Origin: an uncultured Candidatus Poseidoniales archaeon
GTDB taxonomy: Archaea; Thermoplasmatota; Poseidoniia; Poseidoniales; Poseidoniaceae
Length of the DNA: 64,000 nucleotides
Assembly (NCBI GenBank): GCA_963997415.1
Contig: CAXEMN010000004.1
Coordinates: 2,969 to 66,968, forward strand
Direction of reading: 5' to 3'
Shown here: positions 26,880 to 35,559 of the stretch, one piece after another
Layout: the number at the start of each line of letters is the position of its first letter
Position numbering within the stretch: position 1 is the stretch's first letter
The notes under the pieces: model-generated
Seen by the model: only the letters and a program-made list of their open reading frames with translations
Told to the model about the DNA's origin: nothing
Database searches by the model: none
Position numbers and translations under genes: made by a program

Positions 26880-28570
26880 GCCACCCCCCAGTGAGCACGG
26901 AGTTCAGTTGCCCGCATTCCTGCGTCTTCCTCCATGATACTCGCACCGTCGGCAAGCATCATTGCACCTTGTTCATCGACAATAGTGCGACCTGTTGCTT
27001 TGACCATACGTCCAAGCAGTTTGCTTCGTAGAGATTGGACAAAGGCCATCTGACCATCTTCTTCAACGGCGGCTTTCATCTGATCCTCGTCCATGCCTAA
27101 GAGTTCAAGCGTAGCGGCTTTGTTTGTCAGCAACGAAACACTGGAACGGCCATCGTCCATGACCAGCCTCAAACGGATATCGCTGTTCCCGTTGTTTGGC
27201 CCATGTTCTGCACATGCGCCTTCACGGAGCACTCTTCGGCATTCAGTACAACGTAGAATGAAACCTGAATCCTCGCGAACACTCACAATAATTGCGCAAG
27301 TGGAAACGCCGACACGGCTGCTTCCGTTGGCCAGGTCATGGAGTTCAACCTCGGCTGTATGATTGGTCAAATCAAGGGCATCATCCCAAGGTGTTGATTC
27401 AAGGATTTCCACCTGGTCCGTGTTGTCAACGGTGATGTCTGGAATACCTTGCCAAGCCCGAACACGTACGCCCTTAAGCCGGACGGTCACGGGAAGTTGA
27501 TCTTCTGAAATCGGCAATTCGCTCCATGCACTCATTCGACAGCGCCCGGTTGGGTCTGCAATTTGCCCCGACCACAAGAAGCGTTCTTCACCGTCTCGGG
27601 TGAAGGACCTCTTTGCCCATTCAGTAATTTGAACGACGGCGTCAACGTCCCGGGCACCATCTCGTAAGTCGGAGATTGTAAGGACGGTTTGCTGAGACAA
27701 CGATTCGGCGTCTGCAAAATTCTTGTCATGGAAAATCTCAACCTTCGTTGTTCGACCGAAATTGAGCTCGGGCGTGTCCCTAAAGGTTCGTACCTGAGCA
27801 CCATCAATTTTCAGTAAGCTGCCAACTTGGTGTTCAAATGGTTCCCAAGAAAGGAAGCCAATTGTACCAGTTTCGTCAGCGATTCTACCTCTCACGATGT
27901 CAATTGAACCTGATCCATCTTTTTTGTGGATTTGGTCAGGTCGAGAGGCAAGGATGCGTCCGACAACACAGACGTATCCATCGCTTGGCAACGTATTGAT
28001 GTCTTGTGGCTCACCGGGTGCTACAACGGGGCGTGTGCCCTCACGTACCACGGCGATGCGTGTTGATTGGTTGATGTTCAGCGACATTCGTCCTTGGTAT
28101 TCATTCACTGAGGCGCCCTCAATTCGAACGATTGAACCTGGAGCAAGGTTTGCACTTGGGCCCCAGTCTTTGTATTCCCAACGTGTCTTTTCTCCTTTCT
28201 CTTCCCAAGGATTGTCTTCGAGAAGCCCAAATGCAATTTGCTTTTGTTCACCACGAATGGTTTGCTCACGCATGTTGTGGGAGATGATTTCGACTTCGAT
28301 TTCGACGTCCTTATCATTGCCATTCAATTCACTCAATTTGCTGACTTTCTTCGTGTTCCTCGGTGAAGATGTTCCACCTTGTGAGGGGCTGCGATTTGTT
28401 GGAACTGATTTTTCTCCTTTGAAACGACGAAGGATTGAACGCATGGCATCTTGAGGTGGAATGTAAAATTCTGTCTCGTATTTTGCAAAGGCTTCAGCGA
28501 TCTCCTTTGGATCTGCATCTGGACATTCTGACAAAATTGCCTTGACGTGAGTTTCATACTTTTCAGACAT
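26876..28570 (-). CDS. rpa: replication protein A (ssDNA-binding, multiple OB folds plus C4 zinc ribbon)
   Basis: Repeated OB-fold blocks (VVGRILASRPDQI...GSGSIDIVRGRIADETGTIGF). Zinc ribbon CTECRRVLREGACAEHG. Confidence 0.8.
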   Translation of the reverse strand: MSEKYETHVKAILSECPDADPKEIAEAFAKYETEFYIPPQDAMRSILRRFKGEKSVPTNRSPSQGGTSSPRNTKKVSKLSELNGNDKDVEIEVEIISHNMREQTIRGEQKQIAFGLLEDNPWEEKGEKTRWEYKDWGPSANLAPGSIVRIEGASVNEYQGRMSLNINQSTRIAVVREGTRPVVAPGEPQDINTLPSDGYVCVVGRILASRPDQIHKKDGSGSIDIVRGRIADETGTIGFLSWEPFEHQVGSLLKIDGAQVRTFRDTPELNFGRTTKVEIFHDKNFADAESLSQQTVLTISDLRDGARDVDAVVQITEWAKRSFTRDGEERFLWSGQIADPTGRCRMSAWSELPISEDQLPVTVRLKGVRVRAWQGIPDITVDNTDQVEILESTPWDDALDLTNHTAEVELHDLANGSSRVGVSTCAIIVSVREDSGFILRCTECRRVLREGACAEHGPNNGNSDIRLRLVMDDGRSSVSLLTNKAATLELLGMDEDQMKAAVEEDGQMAFVQSLRSKLLGRMVKATGRTIVDEQGAMMLADGASIMEEDAGMRATELRAHWGVA

Positions 28571-28760
28571 GAGCTAATCCCCCGTCAGGCGTTTTCGATT
28601 GATGCCTGTACGGAGAACAGGCTGCGGGCTTTCGTGCGGATTGGTTGAGTCTATACACTCCCTTGACCTCCATGGAGATGAACAAAGATGCCGACAGGAC
28701 TTAAACAATACCGTGAGGAATTTTGAACAATCCACTTCACTCGAGAAAATGGTACTTTCT

Positions 28761-30164
28761 TCATGCTGGGTTGATTCGTAAGCCCTGCATCATCAACACA
28801 TCTGGAAGGTGCATACTTCCAGAGGAATAGGAGCCCTGGACTTGAACATCGTCGCCCAGTCGAACATCACTAGAGAGGGCCTTTGCGAGATTTCCAGACA
28901 AGCCTGCTTGCTTCACCGGACCTAGGATCTCACCTTCGGATACTCGGAGGATGGTGCTGGTCGTGACCGAAAAATCGCCACTCGTTGGATTTGCAGTGTG
29001 GGCGCCCATGACGCTATGCACGATGTAGCCGTCTTGCATTTGTTCCAACAGTGCATCTTGTGAATGACCACCATTTTTCGAAACCATTGTGAAATCACTG
29101 CATCCAGTTCCTGGTGGAGATTGATGGCCGCCACGGACCGCACAACCTGTGGTCTCAGCATGATCAATCCGTCCCTCTGCGACCTGTTGAGCAGCGTCTC
29201 GAGTGGACCACATCGATCCAATCAGGCGCCCATCTTCAACCAAGGTTTGACGGCGGCTTGCTACGCCCTCGCCGTCACGAGAACTGGCTGATTTACCGCC
29301 TTCCATGCGCCCATCATCAATCAGTGAAAGATCGGTAGCAAGGACGACTTCACCTTGTTTTCCTGACCAAAAAGATTCGTTGCGTACCAAACGGTCGCCG
29401 CGTAAGGCGGTTGGCACCACCATTGAGAATAATGGTGAGAACCCTTTGCTGGTCATCAACACCGGCGTATCTTGTGGCTCACTGTTGACCTCAATTGGTC
29501 CTCGAGTCACTTGGGCCCAATGAACTGCACTAGCGATGCAAGGTGGTACTTGAGCAAGCAATTGCCTTCCAGAATCCCCCTCGTAAGAACTGGTGAGTTC
29601 GTCATCAGCATCGATTGAAACTTGGACGCCAAGGCCATGCGATGTTGTAATCCCGGACGATTCGATGCCCTCGCTGGAGAGAATTGCTGAGGCCGTTGCA
29701 CCAACACCAAGGCCACCACCGGTCACGACGGCTCGCTGATCAAGGGAAGCGACTTCACTGAGGACTGCATCAGCTTGCTCAAGCAAATCCTCAGGGCCAA
29801 GATCGAGGATACGACGATCGCAGAGGCCGTTCACTGGATCTGCTTCATCGGCGCTTGGAAGAACAAAACCTTTGATGGCTGGAGAGGCACGGGCAACATC
29901 GAGCGCTTGCTGAATTGCAGGGGTTGCAGAGGTTGCATCCACGAGGTAAGCATAGCCGAATCGCCCATCTTCGACAACCCGGATGCCATAGCCCCCTTCA
30001 CCGCCACCAGCGGCAAGAGATACCTTTCCCGCTTCGATGTCAAGTTGATGACCATAGGATTGGAAAGCGACAACCTCCCATTGAGCAATGCCTTCTTTCT
30101 TGCATAGATCACCGATGAGTTTGCACCCTTCACTGATGCGATCAACTGCGTCATCTGGTAGCAT
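28761..30164 (-). CDS. pmbA: TldD/PmbA-family metallopeptidase (PmbA/TldE-like)
   Basis: Peptidase U62 family similarity and pairing with the adjacent TldD-like gene. Start trimmed to MLPDDAVDRI, directly after the tldD stop. Confidence 0.7.
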   Translation of the reverse strand: MLPDDAVDRISEGCKLIGDLCKKEGIAQWEVVAFQSYGHQLDIEAGKVSLAAGGGEGGYGIRVVEDGRFGYAYLVDATSATPAIQQALDVARASPAIKGFVLPSADEADPVNGLCDRRILDLGPEDLLEQADAVLSEVASLDQRAVVTGGGLGVGATASAILSSEGIESSGITTSHGLGVQVSIDADDELTSSYEGDSGRQLLAQVPPCIASAVHWAQVTRGPIEVNSEPQDTPVLMTSKGFSPLFSMVVPTALRGDRLVRNESFWSGKQGEVVLATDLSLIDDGRMEGGKSASSRDGEGVASRRQTLVEDGRLIGSMWSTRDAAQQVAEGRIDHAETTGCAVRGGHQSPPGTGCSDFTMVSKNGGHSQDALLEQMQDGYIVHSVMGAHTANPTSGDFSVTTSTILRVSEGEILGPVKQAGLSGNLAKALSSDVRLGDDVQVQGSYSSGSMHLPDVLMMQGLRINPA

Positions 30165-30166
30165 CT

Positions 30167-31660
30167 TCACCCCACCAAAGCTTCTGAGATTCGCATAATT
30201 GGACCACCATCGCCAACTGGAACAGTCTGGCCTTTTCCGCAAAATCCAGGGGCAGCAAGCCTTGCATCTTGCGTGAGACCATCAACATCCTTCAGAATTT
30301 GTAAGGTGAGACCGCTAACACTCACATCCTTGAGTGGTTTTGTGAGTTCACCATTTTCGATCAACCATGCTTCTTGTGCTGCGAATTGGAACGAACCGCG
30401 TCCGGTGTCGACTTGGCCTCCACGAGACCCGCATGCGTACACACCGTAACTTATGTCCTCAATCAATTCATCCAAATCATTGTGCGTTCCACCTTGAATC
30501 AAAGTGTTTGACATTCGCACCAAGGGGTGATGCAATCCATCTTGGGCACGCGCTCCTGCGTTTGGAGTGATGCCGAAATGGTGAGCGGTCTCTCTATGAT
30601 TGAGGTATTCAGTGAGGACACCGTTCTTGATCAGACATTTTTCACGTGTATCAAGTCCTTCGTCATCGATTGGATGGGCGCCATAGCCCCCGCGCATTGT
30701 AGGATCATCGACCACAGTAACAATGCTGTTGCCGATCGCCTGACCGAGTTTACCGTCGAGGCATGAGTCTCCAGCAGCAACTAAGTCTGCTTCACAAGGA
30801 TGCCCCAGTGCTTCGTGGATGTAGACACCGGTGAGGTCACGGTCAGCCACAAGAGGAAGTTTACCTGAGGGTGCTCGTTCGGCTTTCAAAAGACGAAGGG
30901 TTGCGATTTGTGCACTTCGTCCAAGTTCGCCAAGGTCACAAGATTCAATCACTTCGAGTCCGCCTTCCCCTCCATGTCTTGTTCTATAGGAAACAACATC
31001 GCCACCATCTCGGCCTGTGACTGTGGCATTGATCAGCGAGCGTTGGAATGACCATGTACGATTCATACCTTCTGAAGTCATCAATTCGGTGTGAAGGTGC
31101 TCATCATGCCACCCACACGTGACCGAAACAATTCGATCGTCTTCGGCTGCACTGTCATGCAAGGTCATCAGGTGGTGAAGTTTCGTGTCAAGATCTGTAT
31201 TTCGCACATCTTTCTTTGGCCTCCAGTGCACTTCATCATCAAAAATTGGAACCTCTGCAAGTGCCACTGGTCGGTCTTTGGACGCCCTACGAGCAGCAAC
31301 TGCCTTGGCGAGTTTCACCGTTGATTCTACTTGACCGGGAAGCGAGAGGATGTCTGTAGTTGAATGCACACCCCAGGCCCCATCTGCGAGAATGCGCATT
31401 GTGACACCGATGTCTTGGCCTGGAATCGCTCGTTCAAGTTTACCATCACGAACGGCTACTGTTGAATCAGTGATGGCCATTAAACGGACTTCTGCATACG
31501 ATGCTCCGAGGTCTTGTGCATGGTCAAGAGCAGCTTGGATTTTCGTTTGTTGGAGGTAGCGACCTGTGCCAAAGGAACGGTCGTCATTGGGGCTTGCGCT
31601 CATCACCATGGAGGTCGGTGCACGCAATAGTGCTTGAACCCTACTCTGATGCGTGCTCAA
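30167..31660 (-). CDS. tldD: TldD/PmbA-family metallopeptidase (TldD-like)
   Basis: Conserved HExxxH-like and GxC motifs of TldD (EALGHPCEADL). 497 aa. Confidence 0.7.
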   Translation of the reverse strand: MSTHQSRVQALLRAPTSMVMSASPNDDRSFGTGRYLQQTKIQAALDHAQDLGASYAEVRLMAITDSTVAVRDGKLERAIPGQDIGVTMRILADGAWGVHSTTDILSLPGQVESTVKLAKAVAARRASKDRPVALAEVPIFDDEVHWRPKKDVRNTDLDTKLHHLMTLHDSAAEDDRIVSVTCGWHDEHLHTELMTSEGMNRTWSFQRSLINATVTGRDGGDVVSYRTRHGGEGGLEVIESCDLGELGRSAQIATLRLLKAERAPSGKLPLVADRDLTGVYIHEALGHPCEADLVAAGDSCLDGKLGQAIGNSIVTVVDDPTMRGGYGAHPIDDEGLDTREKCLIKNGVLTEYLNHRETAHHFGITPNAGARAQDGLHHPLVRMSNTLIQGGTHNDLDELIEDISYGVYACGSRGGQVDTGRGSFQFAAQEAWLIENGELTKPLKDVSVSGLTLQILKDVDGLTQDARLAAPGFCGKGQTVPVGDGGPIMRISEALVG

Positions 31661-32238
31661 GAATTGAACTCTGAGGACAGAACATGGCCAATCAAGAGAT
31701 CACAGGATACGACTGTATGTTCGTCGACTTGAACACCGAGACGTTTCGATCCTTCAATGTTGCATTCAAGCTCGGTATTTTGGATGTCGACGTCCATTGA
31801 GGAGGCAAGTTGCAAGGCTTGCCGTTCAAGTTGTTCAACCTCCCCAGATGATGGTGTGGCTGGCATTTCTCCTTCTTTGCCAATCAAAGGGAGGACGAGA
31901 AAACAACCAGATTGATCTCCATCTCGAACACCTGCTCGCTTGAATGCTTCCGAGACATGATGTGTACCAGCCATGTAGCGAAGGAACTCTGCGTCGAAAG
32001 AACGGGCCAGTGAGGTACCTCTCTGTTGACGCCGTGCAGCACTGTTCCATGCTGTCCAGAGTTGCATATGGCATTGGGCGATGCCTGGGCCGACCAGAAC
32101 CCAATGTTCTGTTGGTCGATGTTTCAAGAACGCCTTAGTGAACACTCCGGCTTCAACTGGTGAAGTGGAATTCCATGAAAAGTGCGGAAAATCAAATCCA
32201 TCCATGAGGGGGCGAAGGTGCCGGGAATTTTCAATCAT
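31657..32238 (-). CDS. cgi121: KEOPS complex subunit Cgi121
   Basis: GTHHVSEAFKRAGVRDGDQSGCFLVL aligns with the Cgi121 block ASGQRQIHEAIKIIGAKDGNVCLICE. Start is uncertain (32238 or 32205); ORF extension to 32427 overlaps hel308. Confidence 0.5.
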   Translation of the reverse strand: MIENSRHLRPLMDGFDFPHFSWNSTSPVEAGVFTKAFLKHRPTEHWVLVGPGIAQCHMQLWTAWNSAARRQQRGTSLARSFDAEFLRYMAGTHHVSEAFKRAGVRDGDQSGCFLVLPLIGKEGEMPATPSSGEVEQLERQALQLASSMDVDIQNTELECNIEGSKRLGVQVDEHTVVSCDLLIGHVLSSEFNS

Positions 32239-34849
32239 CCGATTGCCGTTCGCCTGACAATGGGACATCGTCTTTGTGAATCTGAGGAGACGAGGTTTGT
32301 CCTGCGGCTTGATTCTCTTTTTCAACAACTTTCTCCACTTCAGCCATGATGTTTTGCAACAACACAGGACCCCATCCACGAAGAGCAAGGAGTTCATTTT
32401 TCTGTTTTCTTGACATGCTGAGGACATCTTTAGGCGTTCGAAGCCCTAACTTGGACATCTCACGTGCACGTGATCGTCCAACGTGCTTGATGTTGACGAG
32501 GTTGAGTAAGTCATGCTTACAACCATGCCTAATCCGTTGCCTCAACACATCAATCATGGTTGATAGTTGATCGATTTCGCCGAGATGGTCCTCTGAAAAC
32601 ACATCATCGGTGAGAAGCACCTGACGGGCAGCTGCGAGGAGCCACCCCATGAGGTCGACGCGGTGATTGACATCACCTGGACTCACATCCAGATCAGATT
32701 CAATTTCCCTCATCGTTTCTTCTTCAATCCATTTTTCAAGCATCCAAGCCGATTTGACATAGCCAAGAAGGCGCTCTGCAAGGGTGACGTCGGTCAACAA
32801 TTCATCTTCGATAGCGTTGGCCTTGAGCCAAAGCAGTGAATTTGCTTCCATATCGCTGTTTTTGGCCCATAATGAGCTGAAATCTGGCGTTGTTGTTGCG
32901 AGTTGTAGCAAACTGAATTCTGTGACTGGGCCGTTTTGCCGGACCAATCTTCGAACTGCACGACGCAACCCTGTACGCAGTTGCGACGCTGAAAGTGGGT
33001 CGAGGTACATTTGAGTGACGCGTTCACCCATCATCGTGGCCTCATAGGTCATCCCGTGATGATCAACCCCCGAGGGTTGCTCCCAGCCACCAACTTGCGC
33101 TAAATCTGTAGCTTTTGTAAAACCAAGCGTGGCTTTTGAGAAAGCAGATTCCCCACTCAAGGTTTGAGTTGTCAACGAATTCGAGGGGGCTTGCAAATCG
33201 ACACCGCCCGTGCTTTGAGCAATGGATGCCCAAATTGGCATCTCATCATCCCAATCTTCTTCCAAACCATCTTCTGCAGATTTGTCAGCCCTGCGAGCAA
33301 CATAGTCATCATCGATACCCACGCGCCGAATGAAGCGTTCTTCTACAAGCCAATCGAGCATGCGATCGAGCTGCTCCTTGAGGTAGGTTGGAGAAACTGA
33401 AGCACCCAGGAAGGTCGCCTGGAAAAAGTCGCCAAGCTCACCACGATGACGGAAACCCCCAGCAGCGATGGCGGCTAAAAGATGGGTGCGAAGGGCAGGT
33501 TCGCTCGAGAGTTTTGACGAGATTGATTCAACCGGTCCGAAGAAATACCTTTGACTGACATCATCCGCAATCGCCCAACCATCAGTCCCTTTGCAAAGGA
33601 CCCATGCTTCCCCGAAGGCATCGTATTTTGGGCGTCCAGCTCGCCCAAGCATCTGCCGAACCTCCATGACAGGAAGAGGGCGACTCATCCCGTCATCCCA
33701 CCGCTTCAAATCCCTTACGAGGACCCGACGTGCTGGTAAATTCACTCCCGCAGCAAGCGTAGGTGTGGCTGTTAAACCAACCAGTAAACCTTCTTTGAAC
33801 GCACCCTCAATGGCTTTTCTTTGACCGTGTGTCAACCCTGCGTGATGGAAAGCAACACCTCCTCGAATAGCTGTTGCTAGCCGCTCAGCCATCGCTGTTT
33901 GTTGTCGGCCTTCCAAACTGTCCGCAAAGACGCCAAGGCGTTTGACCCGGTCTGGATCGTCCTTAGTGAGTCGTTTTAAGACTCGCTTCGAGAGTTTCAA
34001 CGCTTCAGATTGAGCACTGCGTCGCGTACCTACAAACACCAGGACCTGCCCATCCTGATCGATGGTGTCGTTCACCACAACCCAAGTTGGGTGGGATTTG
34101 GGACCCTCAAGGTCTCGCGGAGGTTGCAGGGCATCCCCATCTGAAGACATCGCCGAGGATTGGACAAGACGAGGTTCGAGATGAAGATCGTGGAATGTAC
34201 TGTATTCCAAAGCCACGGGTCGCCAATCGGAAAGAATCAATGTTGCGTCAAGCCAATTGGCTAATTCTTGACAATTACCAACTGTGGCTGAAAGCGCAAT
34301 GATTTGCGCTTTTGGCCGAAGGTGGCGCAGTCGGGTCAAATTGATTTCAAGAGTTGGCCCACGGGTTGAATCATTCATCAGATGGAATTCATCTGCAACA
34401 ACAATTGAAACGTTAGCCATAATTTCCGAACGGTTTCTCATCAAGGAATCTAATTTTTCCGACGTACAGACCAAAACATCACATTCGTCAATTTTCTTTG
34501 CCTCGGCCGAAGCATCACCAATGCCCAAGCCCACAGTTAATCCCACAGCAGAACAGAGTTCGGACAAGTCGTCGAATTTTTCACTCGCAAGCGCTTTCAA
34601 CGGTACTATGTAGACCGCTTTTGAACCCGGTTCCTCTACTAAAATTCGCTTCATTATTCCAATGTAAGCAACTAATGACTTACCGCTTGCCGTGGGAATA
34701 GCCAACAATGTGTTGTCCCCACCAAGCACGCTTGACATCGCTTCGAATTGAGGAGGGTGAAGCGTGGAAATACCCCATGAGGTCGTCAAGAATTGCTTGA
34801 CGTTTTCTGGCAAATCCAGCCGAGAAACCGCTCGCTTCGCCCCCTCCAT
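32231..34849 (-). CDS. hel308: Hel308/Hjm-type Ski2-like DNA helicase (872 aa, with extended C-terminus)
   Basis: Q-motif plus Walker A (AIPTASGKSLVA). DEFH box (VVADEFHLMND). SAT and helicase C motifs. C-terminal HhH/WH-like region. Confidence 0.85.
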   Translation of the reverse strand: MEGAKRAVSRLDLPENVKQFLTTSWGISTLHPPQFEAMSSVLGGDNTLLAIPTASGKSLVAYIGIMKRILVEEPGSKAVYIVPLKALASEKFDDLSELCSAVGLTVGLGIGDASAEAKKIDECDVLVCTSEKLDSLMRNRSEIMANVSIVVADEFHLMNDSTRGPTLEINLTRLRHLRPKAQIIALSATVGNCQELANWLDATLILSDWRPVALEYSTFHDLHLEPRLVQSSAMSSDGDALQPPRDLEGPKSHPTWVVVNDTIDQDGQVLVFVGTRRSAQSEALKLSKRVLKRLTKDDPDRVKRLGVFADSLEGRQQTAMAERLATAIRGGVAFHHAGLTHGQRKAIEGAFKEGLLVGLTATPTLAAGVNLPARRVLVRDLKRWDDGMSRPLPVMEVRQMLGRAGRPKYDAFGEAWVLCKGTDGWAIADDVSQRYFFGPVESISSKLSSEPALRTHLLAAIAAGGFRHRGELGDFFQATFLGASVSPTYLKEQLDRMLDWLVEERFIRRVGIDDDYVARRADKSAEDGLEEDWDDEMPIWASIAQSTGGVDLQAPSNSLTTQTLSGESAFSKATLGFTKATDLAQVGGWEQPSGVDHHGMTYEATMMGERVTQMYLDPLSASQLRTGLRRAVRRLVRQNGPVTEFSLLQLATTTPDFSSLWAKNSDMEANSLLWLKANAIEDELLTDVTLAERLLGYVKSAWMLEKWIEEETMREIESDLDVSPGDVNHRVDLMGWLLAAARQVLLTDDVFSEDHLGEIDQLSTMIDVLRQRIRHGCKHDLLNLVNIKHVGRSRAREMSKLGLRTPKDVLSMSRKQKNELLALRGWGPVLLQNIMAEVEKVVEKENQAAGQTSSPQIHKDDVPLSGERQSDD

Positions 34850-34940
34850 AGAATCGCTTCTGCGTCAACAGTCCAAAAGGACAACGCTTAATCTGGTTCA
34901 ATCCGACAGCGCTAAGACCTGCCTACATGTGTCAAGATGC

Positions 34941-35552
34941 ATGAGCGACGATGTAGAGACCATGGTTGACGAGCGACTCTCTGTTTTTGACGATGAACCA
35001 GATTTGAACGATTGGGTCGAAGTCATGTGTGGGGCTGCCATGGTTGTCCTTGGTATGTTTCACCTGATTCAACCTGGTGAACTGGTCAATCCTGATGTCA
35101 TGCGTTGGTTCGCTGCTGCTGTCGTTGCAGCTGGCGGCGTGTGGGCTGGTCATGGATTGAAAGACATGGCTGTCAAAGAGATTCGACGTTCCATCGCTAT
35201 CCTCGAAATGTCAGAAGCCGAAACTGGACCAGATCATGGATTGATTCGTGATGTTCTGCTCAACCCAGGAGCGTACAGCGAATTTCTTCTTGAATCCTAT
35301 GCTGCTGCCTGGGAAGATGGTATCATCACTGAAGAAGAACTGAAGGAATTGCGTTCCTTCCAAGAAATCTTGGGCATCACAGATGAAGACGCTGCGAAGA
35401 TGAACCTTGAGGCTGCGATCTCCTCTGCTGCAAAAGATGGAGAGATCACAGAGCAAGAAGAAGAGCAAATCAAGAAGGCTGCAAAGGAAGCAAAAGAGGA
35501 TGCTGATGCTGTGGTCGAAGACGTCAAGAAGAAGACGAAGAAAAAGAAGTGA
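34941..35552 (+). CDS. hypothetical membrane protein with Glu/Lys-rich C-terminal tail
   Basis: Two hydrophobic helices (VMCGAAMVVLGMFHL, WFAAAVVAAGGVWAG). Tail is EEEQIKKAAKEAKED...KKKTKKKK. Start set at MSDDVETMV to avoid overlap with hel308. Confidence 0.35.
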   Translation: MSDDVETMVDERLSVFDDEPDLNDWVEVMCGAAMVVLGMFHLIQPGELVNPDVMRWFAAAVVAAGGVWAGHGLKDMAVKEIRRSIAILEMSEAETGPDHGLIRDVLLNPGAYSEFLLESYAAAWEDGIITEEELKELRSFQEILGITDEDAAKMNLEAAISSAAKDGEITEQEEEQIKKAAKEAKEDADAVVEDVKKKTKKKK

Positions 35553-35559
35553 ACTGGCT

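Noticed and set aside
27897-28454. 185-aa plus-strand ORF inside the rpa gene
   Set aside because: Antisense to a strongly supported RPA coding region. Low-complexity Ser/Arg-rich translation typical of shadow frames.
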